A stretch of DNA of 64,000 nt, taken from assembly GCA_942493075.1 (NCBI GenBank), contig OW818681.1, positions 5,379,509 to 5,443,508 on the forward strand. The letters run 5' to 3'. Below are positions 27,075-35,644 of this stretch, piece by piece. The position numbers were made by a program, and so were the translations under genes. Below the pieces are notes generated by a model, which made no database searches, was not told where the DNA came from, and saw only the letters and a program-made list of their open reading frames with translations. Position 1 is the first letter of the stretch. Every line of letters starts with the position of its first letter. This DNA comes from an uncultured Verrucomicrobiota bacterium. Its GTDB lineage: Bacteria > Verrucomicrobiota > Verrucomicrobiia > Limisphaerales > UBA8199.

Positions 27075-28109
27075 ATGGTCAAGTCGGGATTGACGAAACA
27101 TGGAACCGCCTTTCTCGCGTGCATTTTCATTTCGTTGGCGACTCCCGTTTCGGCTGCGGAGGCGTTGGATTACACGTTGCAGGGCAACCTCGAAGTGCAA
27201 TATCCCGACTTGGGTTTGGGGACGTCCCGTTATGCTTTCAAAGTGGACGTTCAAGACACTAACTGGGTCATTTCAAGCAAACCTTTGAATCAGAGAACGG
27301 AAGCAGCATCAGAGTGGATAGTAGCTCACTTCGACGACCGCATCTTTGGTTTGACACGCCTTGCAGACGCTGCTTTGTCACAAATGAACCGCACTTCCGG
27401 TGCGGAGAATGTTGCCTTCGCGGAGGTGCATAACGGTTGGCAACCGGCGGCTTCGTCGTCTTTAGTCTCAAGGATATCGTTCGTCTGGTTCGGCTGTGCG
27501 CCGCATAACGACTTGGCAGACGGCAAAGTGTCGCTTAAACCAGTGTGGGCAACACCTGAAGGCCACAACCATGAGTTGGTTCGTGCATTTCTAAAGACGC
27601 ATGTGTCCGAGCCTCATTTGCCGGCCAATGCTGCTTTTGTGGCACCCAATCGGCAGGGTTGGGGAGATGTGTCGAACTTCCTGTATCGGGTTACAGTGTG
27701 GACGAATGTTGCGGGTTTCGAGTTTCCGGCTGAGTTCCTCGGCCAACGGTACGCTCAAACGAAATCCGGCTTGTCGCTACGCACGGCTTACAAGGGAGCG
27801 GTAACCGGCGTCATTGTTCAACCATCCCGAGCTCTGGTATTGCCTGATCTGCCAAATCCGACAGTGGTCACGGACTTCAGCCAGACTACAGATGCTCAAG
27901 CATACTTTGAGTACACATCAACGGATGGAAAATACAGAAACCCAACCAATGGGGGCGAGCCGTTGTATCCGAAAATACAGCTCAAGGCTGCTGTGGAACA
28001 ACCCGGCACAAGAGCAGCGAGAGCATTGATTGTCGGCTTCCTGGTCTGCACGACTGTCGCTTTGATCGTCATCGCGGTAAAACGCCTGAGAGGTCAACAA
28101 AGTGGATAG
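27075..28109 (+). CDS. hypothetical protein with a signal peptide and a C-terminal TM anchor
   Basis: Start moved to ATG 27075 ('MVKSGLTKHGTAFLACIFISLATPVSAAEA'). The C-terminal anchor is 'ALIVGFLVCTTVALIVIAVKRLRGQQ'. No family was recognised. Confidence 0.6.
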   Translation: MVKSGLTKHGTAFLACIFISLATPVSAAEALDYTLQGNLEVQYPDLGLGTSRYAFKVDVQDTNWVISSKPLNQRTEAASEWIVAHFDDRIFGLTRLADAALSQMNRTSGAENVAFAEVHNGWQPAASSSLVSRISFVWFGCAPHNDLADGKVSLKPVWATPEGHNHELVRAFLKTHVSEPHLPANAAFVAPNRQGWGDVSNFLYRVTVWTNVAGFEFPAEFLGQRYAQTKSGLSLRTAYKGAVTGVIVQPSRALVLPDLPNPTVVTDFSQTTDAQAYFEYTSTDGKYRNPTNGGEPLYPKIQLKAAVEQPGTRAARALIVGFLVCTTVALIVIAVKRLRGQQSG

Positions 28110-28280
28110 TGCAAATCAAACCAAACAACCAGTGCTGAGAGCTTCGCCCTCACTGAACGGGAATACCGCGGTGGCCAACCCTGCGCCAAAGAAGGCCATG
28201 GCCCAAGAGCCACGATCCTGATTGATCGTGAGTAATGTCCGACGAAAAGGTGCGCCATAGAGCGCAGTCTGGAGTGACAC

Positions 28281-29045
28281 ATGCCACAGAACAACGACCA
28301 ACACAGGAAGCCGGTTGTCCGCGGCTTTCTGGCATTTACCTTGATCGAGTTGCTGGTTGTCATCGCAATCATCGGCATCCTCACGGCCATGCTGCTGCCA
28401 ACGTTGGGCCGCGCGAAGGAGCGCGCTCGCCGGATCGCGTGCCGGAATAACTTGAAGCAGTTGGGCACGGGGAACCTGCTGTTCGCTGGGGACAACAACG
28501 GGCAATTCACCGGATGCACCAATTACAAGCAGGACGACCTGAACTGGCTTTACCCCACGTACATTCCGACTCCGAAAACCTATGCCTGTCCGAGCACCCA
28601 GAACGAAGTGCATCCGGACGAGTTGATTGGCATCAGTTCGCTTACCGGCCTGCCCATCTTAAGGGACTTAGCGAACTTCGCCCGATCCAACAGCGACATC
28701 CACGGGCACAGCTATGAGCAGTACGGATGGTGGCTCGATCCGTCGCCTTCGGGAACCATGAAGACCGAACACCTTGTGCTTTCGCGAGCACACACGCACG
28801 ACGCGTTTGGTCTGCGGGGGCAGATTCCCGGTCCGGCACGCACGTGGCTGATGGTAGATAGCGATGACCTCAAATACCCACCCAGCCCACGCAACCACAA
28901 TAATTGGCCCGACGCGGTTGACCACCATGGTGCCGATGGAATCAACTGCGTTTTCGCGGATGGGCACGCCGAGTGGATTTTGCAGGCGCATTACCTGTTC
29001 AGCTATGAGATGTCGGCGGATGAGGGGAGGACAAAGCCGTACTGA
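28281..29045 (+). CDS. prepilin-type N-terminal cleavage/methylation domain protein, DUF1559 / H-X9-DG family pseudopilin
   Basis: '[49 protein letters not shown]' is a class III signal (G|FTLIE) with the DUF1559 N-terminal region. The C-terminal '[18 protein letters not shown]' is the H-X(9-10)-DG motif. Confidence 0.9.
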   Translation: MPQNNDQHRKPVVRGFLAFTLIELLVVIAIIGILTAMLLPTLGRAKERARRIACRNNLKQLGTGNLLFAGDNNGQFTGCTNYKQDDLNWLYPTYIPTPKTYACPSTQNEVHPDELIGISSLTGLPILRDLANFARSNSDIHGHSYEQYGWWLDPSPSGTMKTEHLVLSRAHTHDAFGLRGQIPGPARTWLMVDSDDLKYPPSPRNHNNWPDAVDHHGADGINCVFADGHAEWILQAHYLFSYEMSADEGRTKPY

Positions 29046-29140
29046 CCCATTCGCTGGAGGATTTCCAACGGCTCTGCGCAAATTTCAACGGACGGTTTCA
29101 AATCCAGCTCGCCGGTTTCGCGTTGTCCATTGAACACAGT
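29046..29140 (+). pseudogene. decayed relic of the C-terminal R[FY][FY]-type module
   Basis: 29070..29110 'ggctctgcgcaaatttcaacggacggtttcaaatccagctc' matches 26309..26350 of the delta-60 gene at about 36/40 nt (G-S-T-Q-V-S-T-D-G-F-K). Homology then degrades with small deletions. No intact ORF remains. Confidence 0.5.
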
Positions 29141-29169
29141 TTACATTCGGGTTCGTGCCACGTAGGATG

Positions 29170-29197
29170 TTGACGTCACGTTTTTTCGGCGGATAAT
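29170..29197 (+). promoter_or_regulatory. candidate sigma70-type promoter (TTGACG - 16 nt - GATAAT)
   Basis: The hexamers were read directly from the sequence. The -10 element ends 14 nt upstream of ATG 29212. Confidence 0.4.
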
Positions 29198-29211
29198 GCC
29201 GAGCCAATAAT

Positions 29212-29616
29212 ATGCCTGAGCATCGTATGACTCGCTTAAGTGCGACGTCTCTGTTGGGGTTGTGCGTCGGGAACTGTTCCACAAGTTCCATCCCCGCCAG
29301 CGCCCGCGTGCAAGACCTCGGCGTCCTGGCCCTGAAGGCCGATGTGCCCAGGCAAATCCCCCTCTCAGGCACCGCTTCCAGTTATTGCGTGGCTCTCAAG
29401 CCCGAGCAACTGCCGCAAAAAGTCGAATTGTTCGCCACCTTAGCCCGACTGCCGGACAAGACTCTTCGCATCTGGCTCGAGCTCGTGCCCACACCTTCGG
29501 ATTACGATCGTCTGTGGTTGAAGCGGCTTTCCGCCCAGGTCCGCTCCGGTGACCGATGCGAAATACGGGTCGGCGAGCATGAATGGATTCGGTTTACCCC
29601 GACTCTGGAAGAATGA
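29212..29616 (+). CDS. hypothetical small secreted protein or lipoprotein
   Basis: 134-aa ORF with a hydrophobic N-terminus 'MTRLSATSLLGLCVGNCS' (alternative start 29227). A candidate promoter lies just upstream. No family was recognised. Confidence 0.45.
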   Translation: MPEHRMTRLSATSLLGLCVGNCSTSSIPASARVQDLGVLALKADVPRQIPLSGTASSYCVALKPEQLPQKVELFATLARLPDKTLRIWLELVPTPSDYDRLWLKRLSAQVRSGDRCEIRVGEHEWIRFTPTLEE

Positions 29617-29726
29617 AGCCTAAATCGGCGGCTTTGCTGCCGCCGAACCTACTCCCCTTCCTATAACGCACTTCTGCCGTTCTTGACCGGAGGGCACTGG
29701 TCCGGTAGGTTGCCGCACTGGAGATA

Positions 29727-30371
29727 ATGTCTATGGATAACTTTTTAGTGCCGATGGTGGTTGAACAAACCGGACGCGGTGAGCGCGGCTACGATATTTA
29801 TTCGCGGCTGCTCGTTGATCGCATCGTGTTCCTTGGAACACCCGTTGATGACATGGTGGCAAACGTCATCATCGCCCAACTGCTTTTTCTGCAAATGAGT
29901 GATCCTAAGAAGGATATTCATCTCTACATCAATTCTCCGGGCGGGAGTGTCACCGCAGGATTGGCGATTTATGACACGATGCAGTTCCTAACCTGTGACG
30001 TGAATACCTATTGCATTGGCCAGGCCGCCAGCATGGGTGCCGTGTTGCTGTGCGGCGGAACCGCCGGCAAGCGATATGCCCTGCCGAACTCGAACATCAT
30101 GATTCACCAGGTCCTGGGCGGAGCCGAAGGCGCTGCCAGCGATGTCGAGATCCGGGTGCGCTACATGCTGCGCCTGAAGCAGCGGCTCAATACGATCATT
30201 TCCAAGCACACCGGTCGCAGCATCGACCAAGTGGAGAAGGATTGCGATCGTGACAACTTCATGTCAGCCGAAGAGGCCAAGACCTATGGGCTGGTCGATG
30301 AAGTGGTGCAATCCCGCAAAGAAATCAAGACCATGGCCGAGCAAACAAGCCTGGCCGACAAGAAAGAATAG
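29727..30371 (+). CDS. clpP: ATP-dependent Clp protease proteolytic subunit ClpP
   Basis: '[16 protein letters not shown]', '[24 protein letters not shown]', '[11 protein letters not shown]' (Ser), 'IMIHQVLGG' (His) and '[20 protein letters not shown]' (Asp). Confidence 0.95.
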   Translation: MSMDNFLVPMVVEQTGRGERGYDIYSRLLVDRIVFLGTPVDDMVANVIIAQLLFLQMSDPKKDIHLYINSPGGSVTAGLAIYDTMQFLTCDVNTYCIGQAASMGAVLLCGGTAGKRYALPNSNIMIHQVLGGAEGAASDVEIRVRYMLRLKQRLNTIISKHTGRSIDQVEKDCDRDNFMSAEEAKTYGLVDEVVQSRKEIKTMAEQTSLADKKE

Positions 30372-30381
30372 TTGGATTAGA

Positions 30382-31692
30382 ATGGCGCGCCCCACCACCA
30401 TTACATTGTGCAGTTTTTGCGGCAAATCGCACGCCGAGGTTAAGAAGCTCATTCAAGGACCTGGCGTTTACATCTGCGACAACTGCGTTGTTCTGTGCAA
30501 ACAGGTTCTGGACAAGGAACTAGCACCGACTGGCAAAAAGGCGCGGGGCCGGATGAGTGTGCCAAAGCCCACTGAAATCAAGCAACAGCTTGATATCGCC
30601 TGCATTGGCCAGGAGCACGCAAAAAGGACCCTTTCTGTCGCGGTCCATAACCATTACAAACGCATTATGCAAGGTCCGGCTGAAACGCCGGAAGCTCAGC
30701 CCGGGGAAGAGGCAGAGTCTGCTCCGTCGCACAGTGATCCACATGCAGATGTGGAAATTGAGAAGAGCAATATTCTCATGATTGGGCCGACGGGCTCAGG
30801 GAAGACGCTTTTAGCGCGAACTTTAGCTCAGATTTTGGACGTTCCGTTCGCAATTGCCGATGCTACAACGTTAACGGAAGCCGGATACGTGGGTGAGGAC
30901 GTTGAGAACATCATTCTCCGTCTTGTTCAAAACGCCGATTACGATGTTAAACGCGCTCAGCGCGGTATCATCTATATTGACGAGATCGATAAGATCGCGC
31001 GTAAAACCGAGAATGTATCCATTACGAGGGACGTTTCAGGAGAGGGAGTCCAGCAGGCACTGTTGAAGATTCTGGAAGGAACAACCTGCAACGTGCCACC
31101 GCAAGGCGGCCGCAAGCATCCTCAGCAGGAATACATACGGGTTGATACATCGGATATTCTGTTCATAGTTGGCGGAGCGTTTGTGGGGTTGGAGCGGATT
31201 ATTCAACGTCGTCTGGGTAAGCATGTTATGGGTTTCCGCGCGGTGGAGGAAGGTTACAAGACATCCACGATCAATCGTCAGGAGATCCTCCAGTACGTCG
31301 AGCCTGAAGATTTGCTCGCATTTGGTTTTATTCCGGAATTCATCGGTCGCTTACCGATGGTTAGTGTGTTAGCTGAGCTAACGGAAGACAATCTCGTGTC
31401 AATTCTTACCGAGACACGTAATGCTCTGACTCGGCAATATGCCAAGCTATTGGCAATGGAAGGCGTTGACCTCGAATTCACGCCCGACGCGCTCCGTGAA
31501 CTAGCGGTTCAAGCCATTAAGAAAGGCACCGGCGCCCGGGCGCTGCGGAGCCTGCTCGAACGGATCATGCTCGATATCATGTATGAGGTTCCAAGTAGCG
31601 AGGACATCGCGCATGTCGAGATTACCCGCGAAGTGATCACCGGCACTAACAAGCCGCATATCACCCGCAAGGTTACTCGCGAAGCCGCCTAG
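30382..31692 (+). CDS. clpX: ATP-dependent Clp protease ATP-binding subunit ClpX
   Basis: Start moved to ATG 30382. The zinc finger is '[26 protein letters not shown]'. Walker A is '[11 protein letters not shown]' and Walker B is '[10 protein letters not shown]'. '[11 protein letters not shown]' is also present. Confidence 0.95.
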   Translation: MARPTTITLCSFCGKSHAEVKKLIQGPGVYICDNCVVLCKQVLDKELAPTGKKARGRMSVPKPTEIKQQLDIACIGQEHAKRTLSVAVHNHYKRIMQGPAETPEAQPGEEAESAPSHSDPHADVEIEKSNILMIGPTGSGKTLLARTLAQILDVPFAIADATTLTEAGYVGEDVENIILRLVQNADYDVKRAQRGIIYIDEIDKIARKTENVSITRDVSGEGVQQALLKILEGTTCNVPPQGGRKHPQQEYIRVDTSDILFIVGGAFVGLERIIQRRLGKHVMGFRAVEEGYKTSTINRQEILQYVEPEDLLAFGFIPEFIGRLPMVSVLAELTEDNLVSILTETRNALTRQYAKLLAMEGVDLEFTPDALRELAVQAIKKGTGARALRSLLERIMLDIMYEVPSSEDIAHVEITREVITGTNKPHITRKVTREAA

Positions 31693-31777
31693 CAGGGCTC
31701 CCCCCATTCGTTTCCAATCGGCCAACCCCGGGCGCGTACTGCTCTGCGCTGAGCCAGCGATTTCTCCGGTCCTGAAA

Positions 31778-32359
31778 CTACAGTAGATTAAAAGGCAGAT
31801 CCCCGTCATTGGCATTCGTTGCAGCGTCAGTTTCAGCCTGCGGGGTGGGAGCAGACGTCCCGCTTGGGCGCTCCCCACGCAGCCATTGTGCACGCAAGAT
31901 CCGCAACGTGCGCAAGGCGGCGCTCAATTCTTCGAGGGAAAGCTCCGAATGATCGACGGGTTGGAAGCCTTTTTCCTGGAAGCGGTCTAGCAGTTGTCGT
32001 CCAGCCGGAGTGAGTTGAATCAGCTTGGATCTTCTATGAGCGGGGTTCGAGACCGATTCGACCAATCCCATCTTCGACAACTTGTTGACAACTATCTGAA
32101 TGTTCTGCCTCGACGTCGTGCGGTTCTTTGCAAGGGCTGGCACTGCCTGCGGCCCGCGCAAGGCCAAAGCCTGCAAGACCTGGCGCTGAGCCGAAAGAGC
32201 CCGACCGTCCAGTCCCCTGTCACCGCGCCGGGCCAAATTGACCAAGCCATTCGCTTCTGCGATTAAGTATTGAATGGCCTCCTGAGTGGTCAGAGGCAAG
32301 CGGACGGCTGAGTTTGGCATGAGTATATTCTGTCTAAGAAACAATGCATTGTCAATCAT
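31778..32359 (-). CDS. MarR-family transcriptional regulator
   Basis: The winged-helix region 'LSAQRQVLQALALRGPQAVPALAKNRTTSRQNIQIVVNKLSKMGLVESVSNPAHRRSKLIQLTPAGRQLL' is MarR-like. The gene is divergent from the Mla-like operon. Confidence 0.8.
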   Translation of the reverse strand: MIDNALFLRQNILMPNSAVRLPLTTQEAIQYLIAEANGLVNLARRGDRGLDGRALSAQRQVLQALALRGPQAVPALAKNRTTSRQNIQIVVNKLSKMGLVESVSNPAHRRSKLIQLTPAGRQLLDRFQEKGFQPVDHSELSLEELSAALRTLRILRAQWLRGERPSGTSAPTPQAETDAATNANDGDLPFNLL

Positions 32360-32411
32360 TCGTTCAGGGGCATGCTGCCAGTGCTGCCGGTTCGCTGGAC
32401 CGTCCTCACAG

Positions 32412-32427
32412 CTTGCCCATGGGCAAG
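32412..32427. promoter_or_regulatory. perfect 16-bp palindrome CTTGCCCATGGGCAAG, a candidate MarR operator
   Basis: Lies in the 125-nt divergent region between marR and the mlaE-like gene. Confidence 0.4.
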
Positions 32428-32484
32428 GTCCTTCTTATGAAGTAGGTCCGTAAGCATTTGACCGCCTGAGCCCTGGCACTTAGC

Positions 32485-33354
32485 TTGGTGCGCATGCAGC
32501 ATGGCCAAGCCAGCGCATATGACGCTCCCCGACTCCGCGCCCTGGCACGCGGTCCTTTGCCGCGCTCATGGAGCCATTGGGCTGGCCGGAAGATTTTTCG
32601 ATTTGCCTTCACACTTCAAGGATTGGGCGCGTTCTTCCTGATTACGCTGGGCGTGCTGCTGACCAAGTGGAGTCTTTCGCGCCGAGTTCTTTGGCCTGCC
32701 ATTCTTCATGAGATAAGCGGCGCGGGGGTGCGGTTAATGCCGATGTTCTTCTTTCTCTCTGGCGCGCTTGGTTTCCTGGTGATCGGCCAGGCGGTATCGT
32801 GGCTGACCCGTGTGGGCGCGATTAACTACCTGGGAACCATCATGGTACTGGTTGTGGTCCGCGAACTTGGCCCCTTGCTGACGGCATTTCTAGTGCTTGC
32901 GCGGGTGGGAACCTCGAATGTCATTGAGTTGGGCACCGCACGGGCCATGGGGGAACTGGAGGCGTTGGAGGCTCTGGGGATCGATCCCGTACACTACCTC
33001 GTGGTCCCTAGAGTCATCGGCATGGCTGTCAGTGTGTTTGCCTTGACGGTTTATTTGATCCTTGGTGCGCTTTTGAGCGGCTACTTGTGGGCGTTCATTC
33101 AAGATGTGCCATTGCGGCCATCGGATTACTTCCGCCAGCTCGCAGGATCACTGACTTTCATGGACTTTGCGTTGCTGGCGCTGAAGTCATTGGCGTTCGG
33201 CTTTATCGTGGCAACGGTCACCTGCTTTCATGGACTAGCTCAACCTTTGCGACTGGAGGAAGTCTCTCAACAAACAGTCCGGGCTGTCGGTCAAAGCGTA
33301 GTGGCCTGTGTGTTAATCGACGCGCTATTCATTATTATCTATCTCACGATCTGA
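32485..33354 (+). CDS. mlaE: MlaE-family ABC transporter permease
   Basis: 'VVRELGPLLTAFLVLARVGTSNVIELGTARAMGELEALEALGIDPVHYLVVPRVIGMAVS' is the MlaE/Ttg2B core. The start could be ATG 32494. Confidence 0.85.
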   Translation: MVRMQHGQASAYDAPRLRALARGPLPRSWSHWAGRKIFRFAFTLQGLGAFFLITLGVLLTKWSLSRRVLWPAILHEISGAGVRLMPMFFFLSGALGFLVIGQAVSWLTRVGAINYLGTIMVLVVVRELGPLLTAFLVLARVGTSNVIELGTARAMGELEALEALGIDPVHYLVVPRVIGMAVSVFALTVYLILGALLSGYLWAFIQDVPLRPSDYFRQLAGSLTFMDFALLALKSLAFGFIVATVTCFHGLAQPLRLEEVSQQTVRAVGQSVVACVLIDALFIIIYLTI

Positions 33355-34145
33355 TGTCTGAAACCAACGCCAGCCTGCCTGAGCCGATCATCGAGATGAG
33401 CGGGATGACCGCGCCCTCGTTGAAGGATCCTCGGTTACCTGTGGCAACGGACATCAACTGGACCGTGCGCCCTGGAGATTACTGGGTCGTTGGTGGGCTG
33501 CAGGGGTCAGGAAAGACGGATTTTCTGATGATGACCGCCGGGCTCATAGCCGGACGCAACGGTTCCTATCGCCTCTTCGGACATGATATGCCGATCTTCG
33601 AAGGCGAGCTCCTGAAAGAACGGCTGCGAGTTGGGTTTGTCTTCGAGACCGGCCAGCTTTTCAATCATCTGACCGTTGAAGAGAACGTGTCCCTGCCCTT
33701 GCGTTATCACGAGAACCTCTCGCCAGAAGCGGCGCATGAACAAACGCGGCAGATGCTGGACTGGCTTGAACTAGGTCCTTTGGCCGATTCCACACCCGGC
33801 TCAATTGGAAGAAACTGGCAGAAGCGGGCGGGGCTGGCGCGTGCACTGATGCTGCGCCCGGAGCTGTTGCTGCTGGATAATCCGTTGAGCGGTTTGGATC
33901 TAAGGCATTCGAACTGGTGGTTGAATCTCTTGGACAATCTTAACGCAGGGCATCCCTGGATGGGCAACCGGCGCACCACGCTGGTTGTCACGGTGTCCGA
34001 TCTGCGCCCCTGGAAAGGGCGAGCGCGCCAATTTGCGGCGCTGCATGATAAACGGCTCAAACCGTTGGGAACATGGAGCGAGTTGACTATAATGTCGGAG
34101 CAAATGGTGAACGACCTGCTGAACGCGGATTCGAGGGAAGTTTGA
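33354..34145 (+). CDS. MlaF-like ABC nucleotide-binding protein with degenerate catalytic motifs
   Basis: Start ATG 33354 overlaps the mlaE stop (TGATG). Walker A is intact ('GLQGSGKT'). The Q-loop reads 'FVFETG' (Q to E), the signature 'IGRNWQKR' replaces LSGGxxxR, Walker B reads 'LLLLDNP' (E to N), and the H-switch reads 'VVTVSD' (H to S). Confidence 0.8.
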   Translation: MSETNASLPEPIIEMSGMTAPSLKDPRLPVATDINWTVRPGDYWVVGGLQGSGKTDFLMMTAGLIAGRNGSYRLFGHDMPIFEGELLKERLRVGFVFETGQLFNHLTVEENVSLPLRYHENLSPEAAHEQTRQMLDWLELGPLADSTPGSIGRNWQKRAGLARALMLRPELLLLDNPLSGLDLRHSNWWLNLLDNLNAGHPWMGNRRTTLVVTVSDLRPWKGRARQFAALHDKRLKPLGTWSELTIMSEQMVNDLLNADSREV

Positions 34146-34184
34146 CCTGAACCGAGATTTCTGAAATAAACCGGACCAGGATAT

Positions 34185-35510
34185 ATGGCATTGCAGGACC
34201 TGACACCGCAGTTACGAACCCGCCTAAGCCGCATGGAGCGGGCGGTGGGATGGTTTGTCTCGCTGGCGGTAGCCCTGCTGGTGTTTGGCTTCGGGTATTA
34301 CCTGTATAACACGGCCGAGCGCAAAGGGTGGTTCAAAGCCAAAGCGACTTACTTCACCTTTACACAGCGCGCCACAGGACTCCGTGTGGGTGACCCGGTC
34401 ATGCTAATGGGGTTGCCGGTGGGGCAGATCACAGTTTTAAAACCGATGCCGCCAGAGGTCCCCTATAATATTTACATTGAGTTTGAACTGGTTGACCCCA
34501 ACTACGGATATATGTGGACCAAGGGCTCCTATGCCCGCGTGGCAACCGCCGACCTGCTCGGCAAGCGAGAACTTGAGGTGACAAAAGGCACAAACGGCTA
34601 CCCTACTTATATTTTTCATCCAATGCAGACACTCAGTTTGGCGGAAGCCCGATCCAAGGGTGATAAGTGGCAGTTGGCAGAAGATCTGTATGATGAGACT
34701 GAAACGAACCTGGTTTTGGCAGCATTGGCTCCGCTAACCGCCGATAACCTAAACAAGGCCCAGGCCGCAGGGGTCCAGCAAGTGGTGGCATTCAACACGA
34801 AAGAGGACCGTAAGAAGCCGACCGCGGTCTGGAATGACAGGAAAGGCAGTTACGAAGTTTACGGAGGGACAAACAACTACTGGCTGATGGCCAGCGAGTC
34901 GGCAGCAGTAACGGAGCGCCTGGAGGAACTCATTGGCCAGGTGGAAGCAGCCCTGCCAAATATTTTCGCGCTGACCAATGATATCTCCCGGCTGCTGACG
35001 AACAGCACGGATCTTACTTCAAATCTCAATGTCCTGGCGGTGAGTGCACGTCCCGCTGTGAGCAATCTGGCGGCCGTCACAGCAGAACTCGACCGCCCAG
35101 GCGCGCTGGGCGAATGGCTTCTGCCCACGAATATCAACAGCCAGCTTGATGCGACGCTTGGCAACGCGAACACGATGATCGTGTCGGCGAACACCAACCT
35201 CGTGACCGTTGTCGATAATCTCAATGAATCGTTGGAGAACCTGGCCAGCATCACCGGTGGATTGAACCAGCAGGTGGAGGCGAATACCAATATACTCTCG
35301 GTCATCAGCAAGACCATCCAGGATGCGGACGACCTCATGCAGGGGTTGAAACGGCATTGGCTCCTGCGTTCAGCCTTCAAAGACAAGCCGGGGTCAAAAG
35401 CCAAAGCTCCGAGGCAAAACCCGGCAACCAACGCAGTACAATCCGGCTCCGCGCTTACGCCGGAGGAGGAGGCGGCGCAGAAGCTCCGCTCCCCCAAAGA
35501 TAGACGTTAG
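34185..35510 (+). CDS. MlaD/MCE-domain protein with a long C-terminal helical extension
   Basis: The N-terminal TM segment is 'AVGWFVSLAVALLVFGFGYYLY'. The MCE domain is 'LRVGDPVMLMGLPVGQITVLKP...ADLLGKRELEVTKG'. About 230 aa of Asn/Leu-rich helical sequence follow. Confidence 0.8.
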   Translation: MALQDLTPQLRTRLSRMERAVGWFVSLAVALLVFGFGYYLYNTAERKGWFKAKATYFTFTQRATGLRVGDPVMLMGLPVGQITVLKPMPPEVPYNIYIEFELVDPNYGYMWTKGSYARVATADLLGKRELEVTKGTNGYPTYIFHPMQTLSLAEARSKGDKWQLAEDLYDETETNLVLAALAPLTADNLNKAQAAGVQQVVAFNTKEDRKKPTAVWNDRKGSYEVYGGTNNYWLMASESAAVTERLEELIGQVEAALPNIFALTNDISRLLTNSTDLTSNLNVLAVSARPAVSNLAAVTAELDRPGALGEWLLPTNINSQLDATLGNANTMIVSANTNLVTVVDNLNESLENLASITGGLNQQVEANTNILSVISKTIQDADDLMQGLKRHWLLRSAFKDKPGSKAKAPRQNPATNAVQSGSALTPEEEAAQKLRSPKDRR

Positions 35511-35644
35511 GAGAAAGGCTAAAGGCTGAGGTGGCAAGTATGGTTGCCTTGACCATGGTCGTTCTCTCGCCTCCCATGGGCTGGACTTCGGCCTGCTCAC
35601 GGCTCATGATAGCCCCATCAGCCTTGGGATATTTACCAAAACCT

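Noticed and set aside
30250-30381. The upstream extension of the clpX ORF, and likewise 33087..33353 for the mlaF-like ORF and 57816..57932 for trpF.
   Set aside because: The extensions overlap the preceding genes or a terminator and lack homology-like sequence. Canonical N-termini begin at the internal ATGs chosen.
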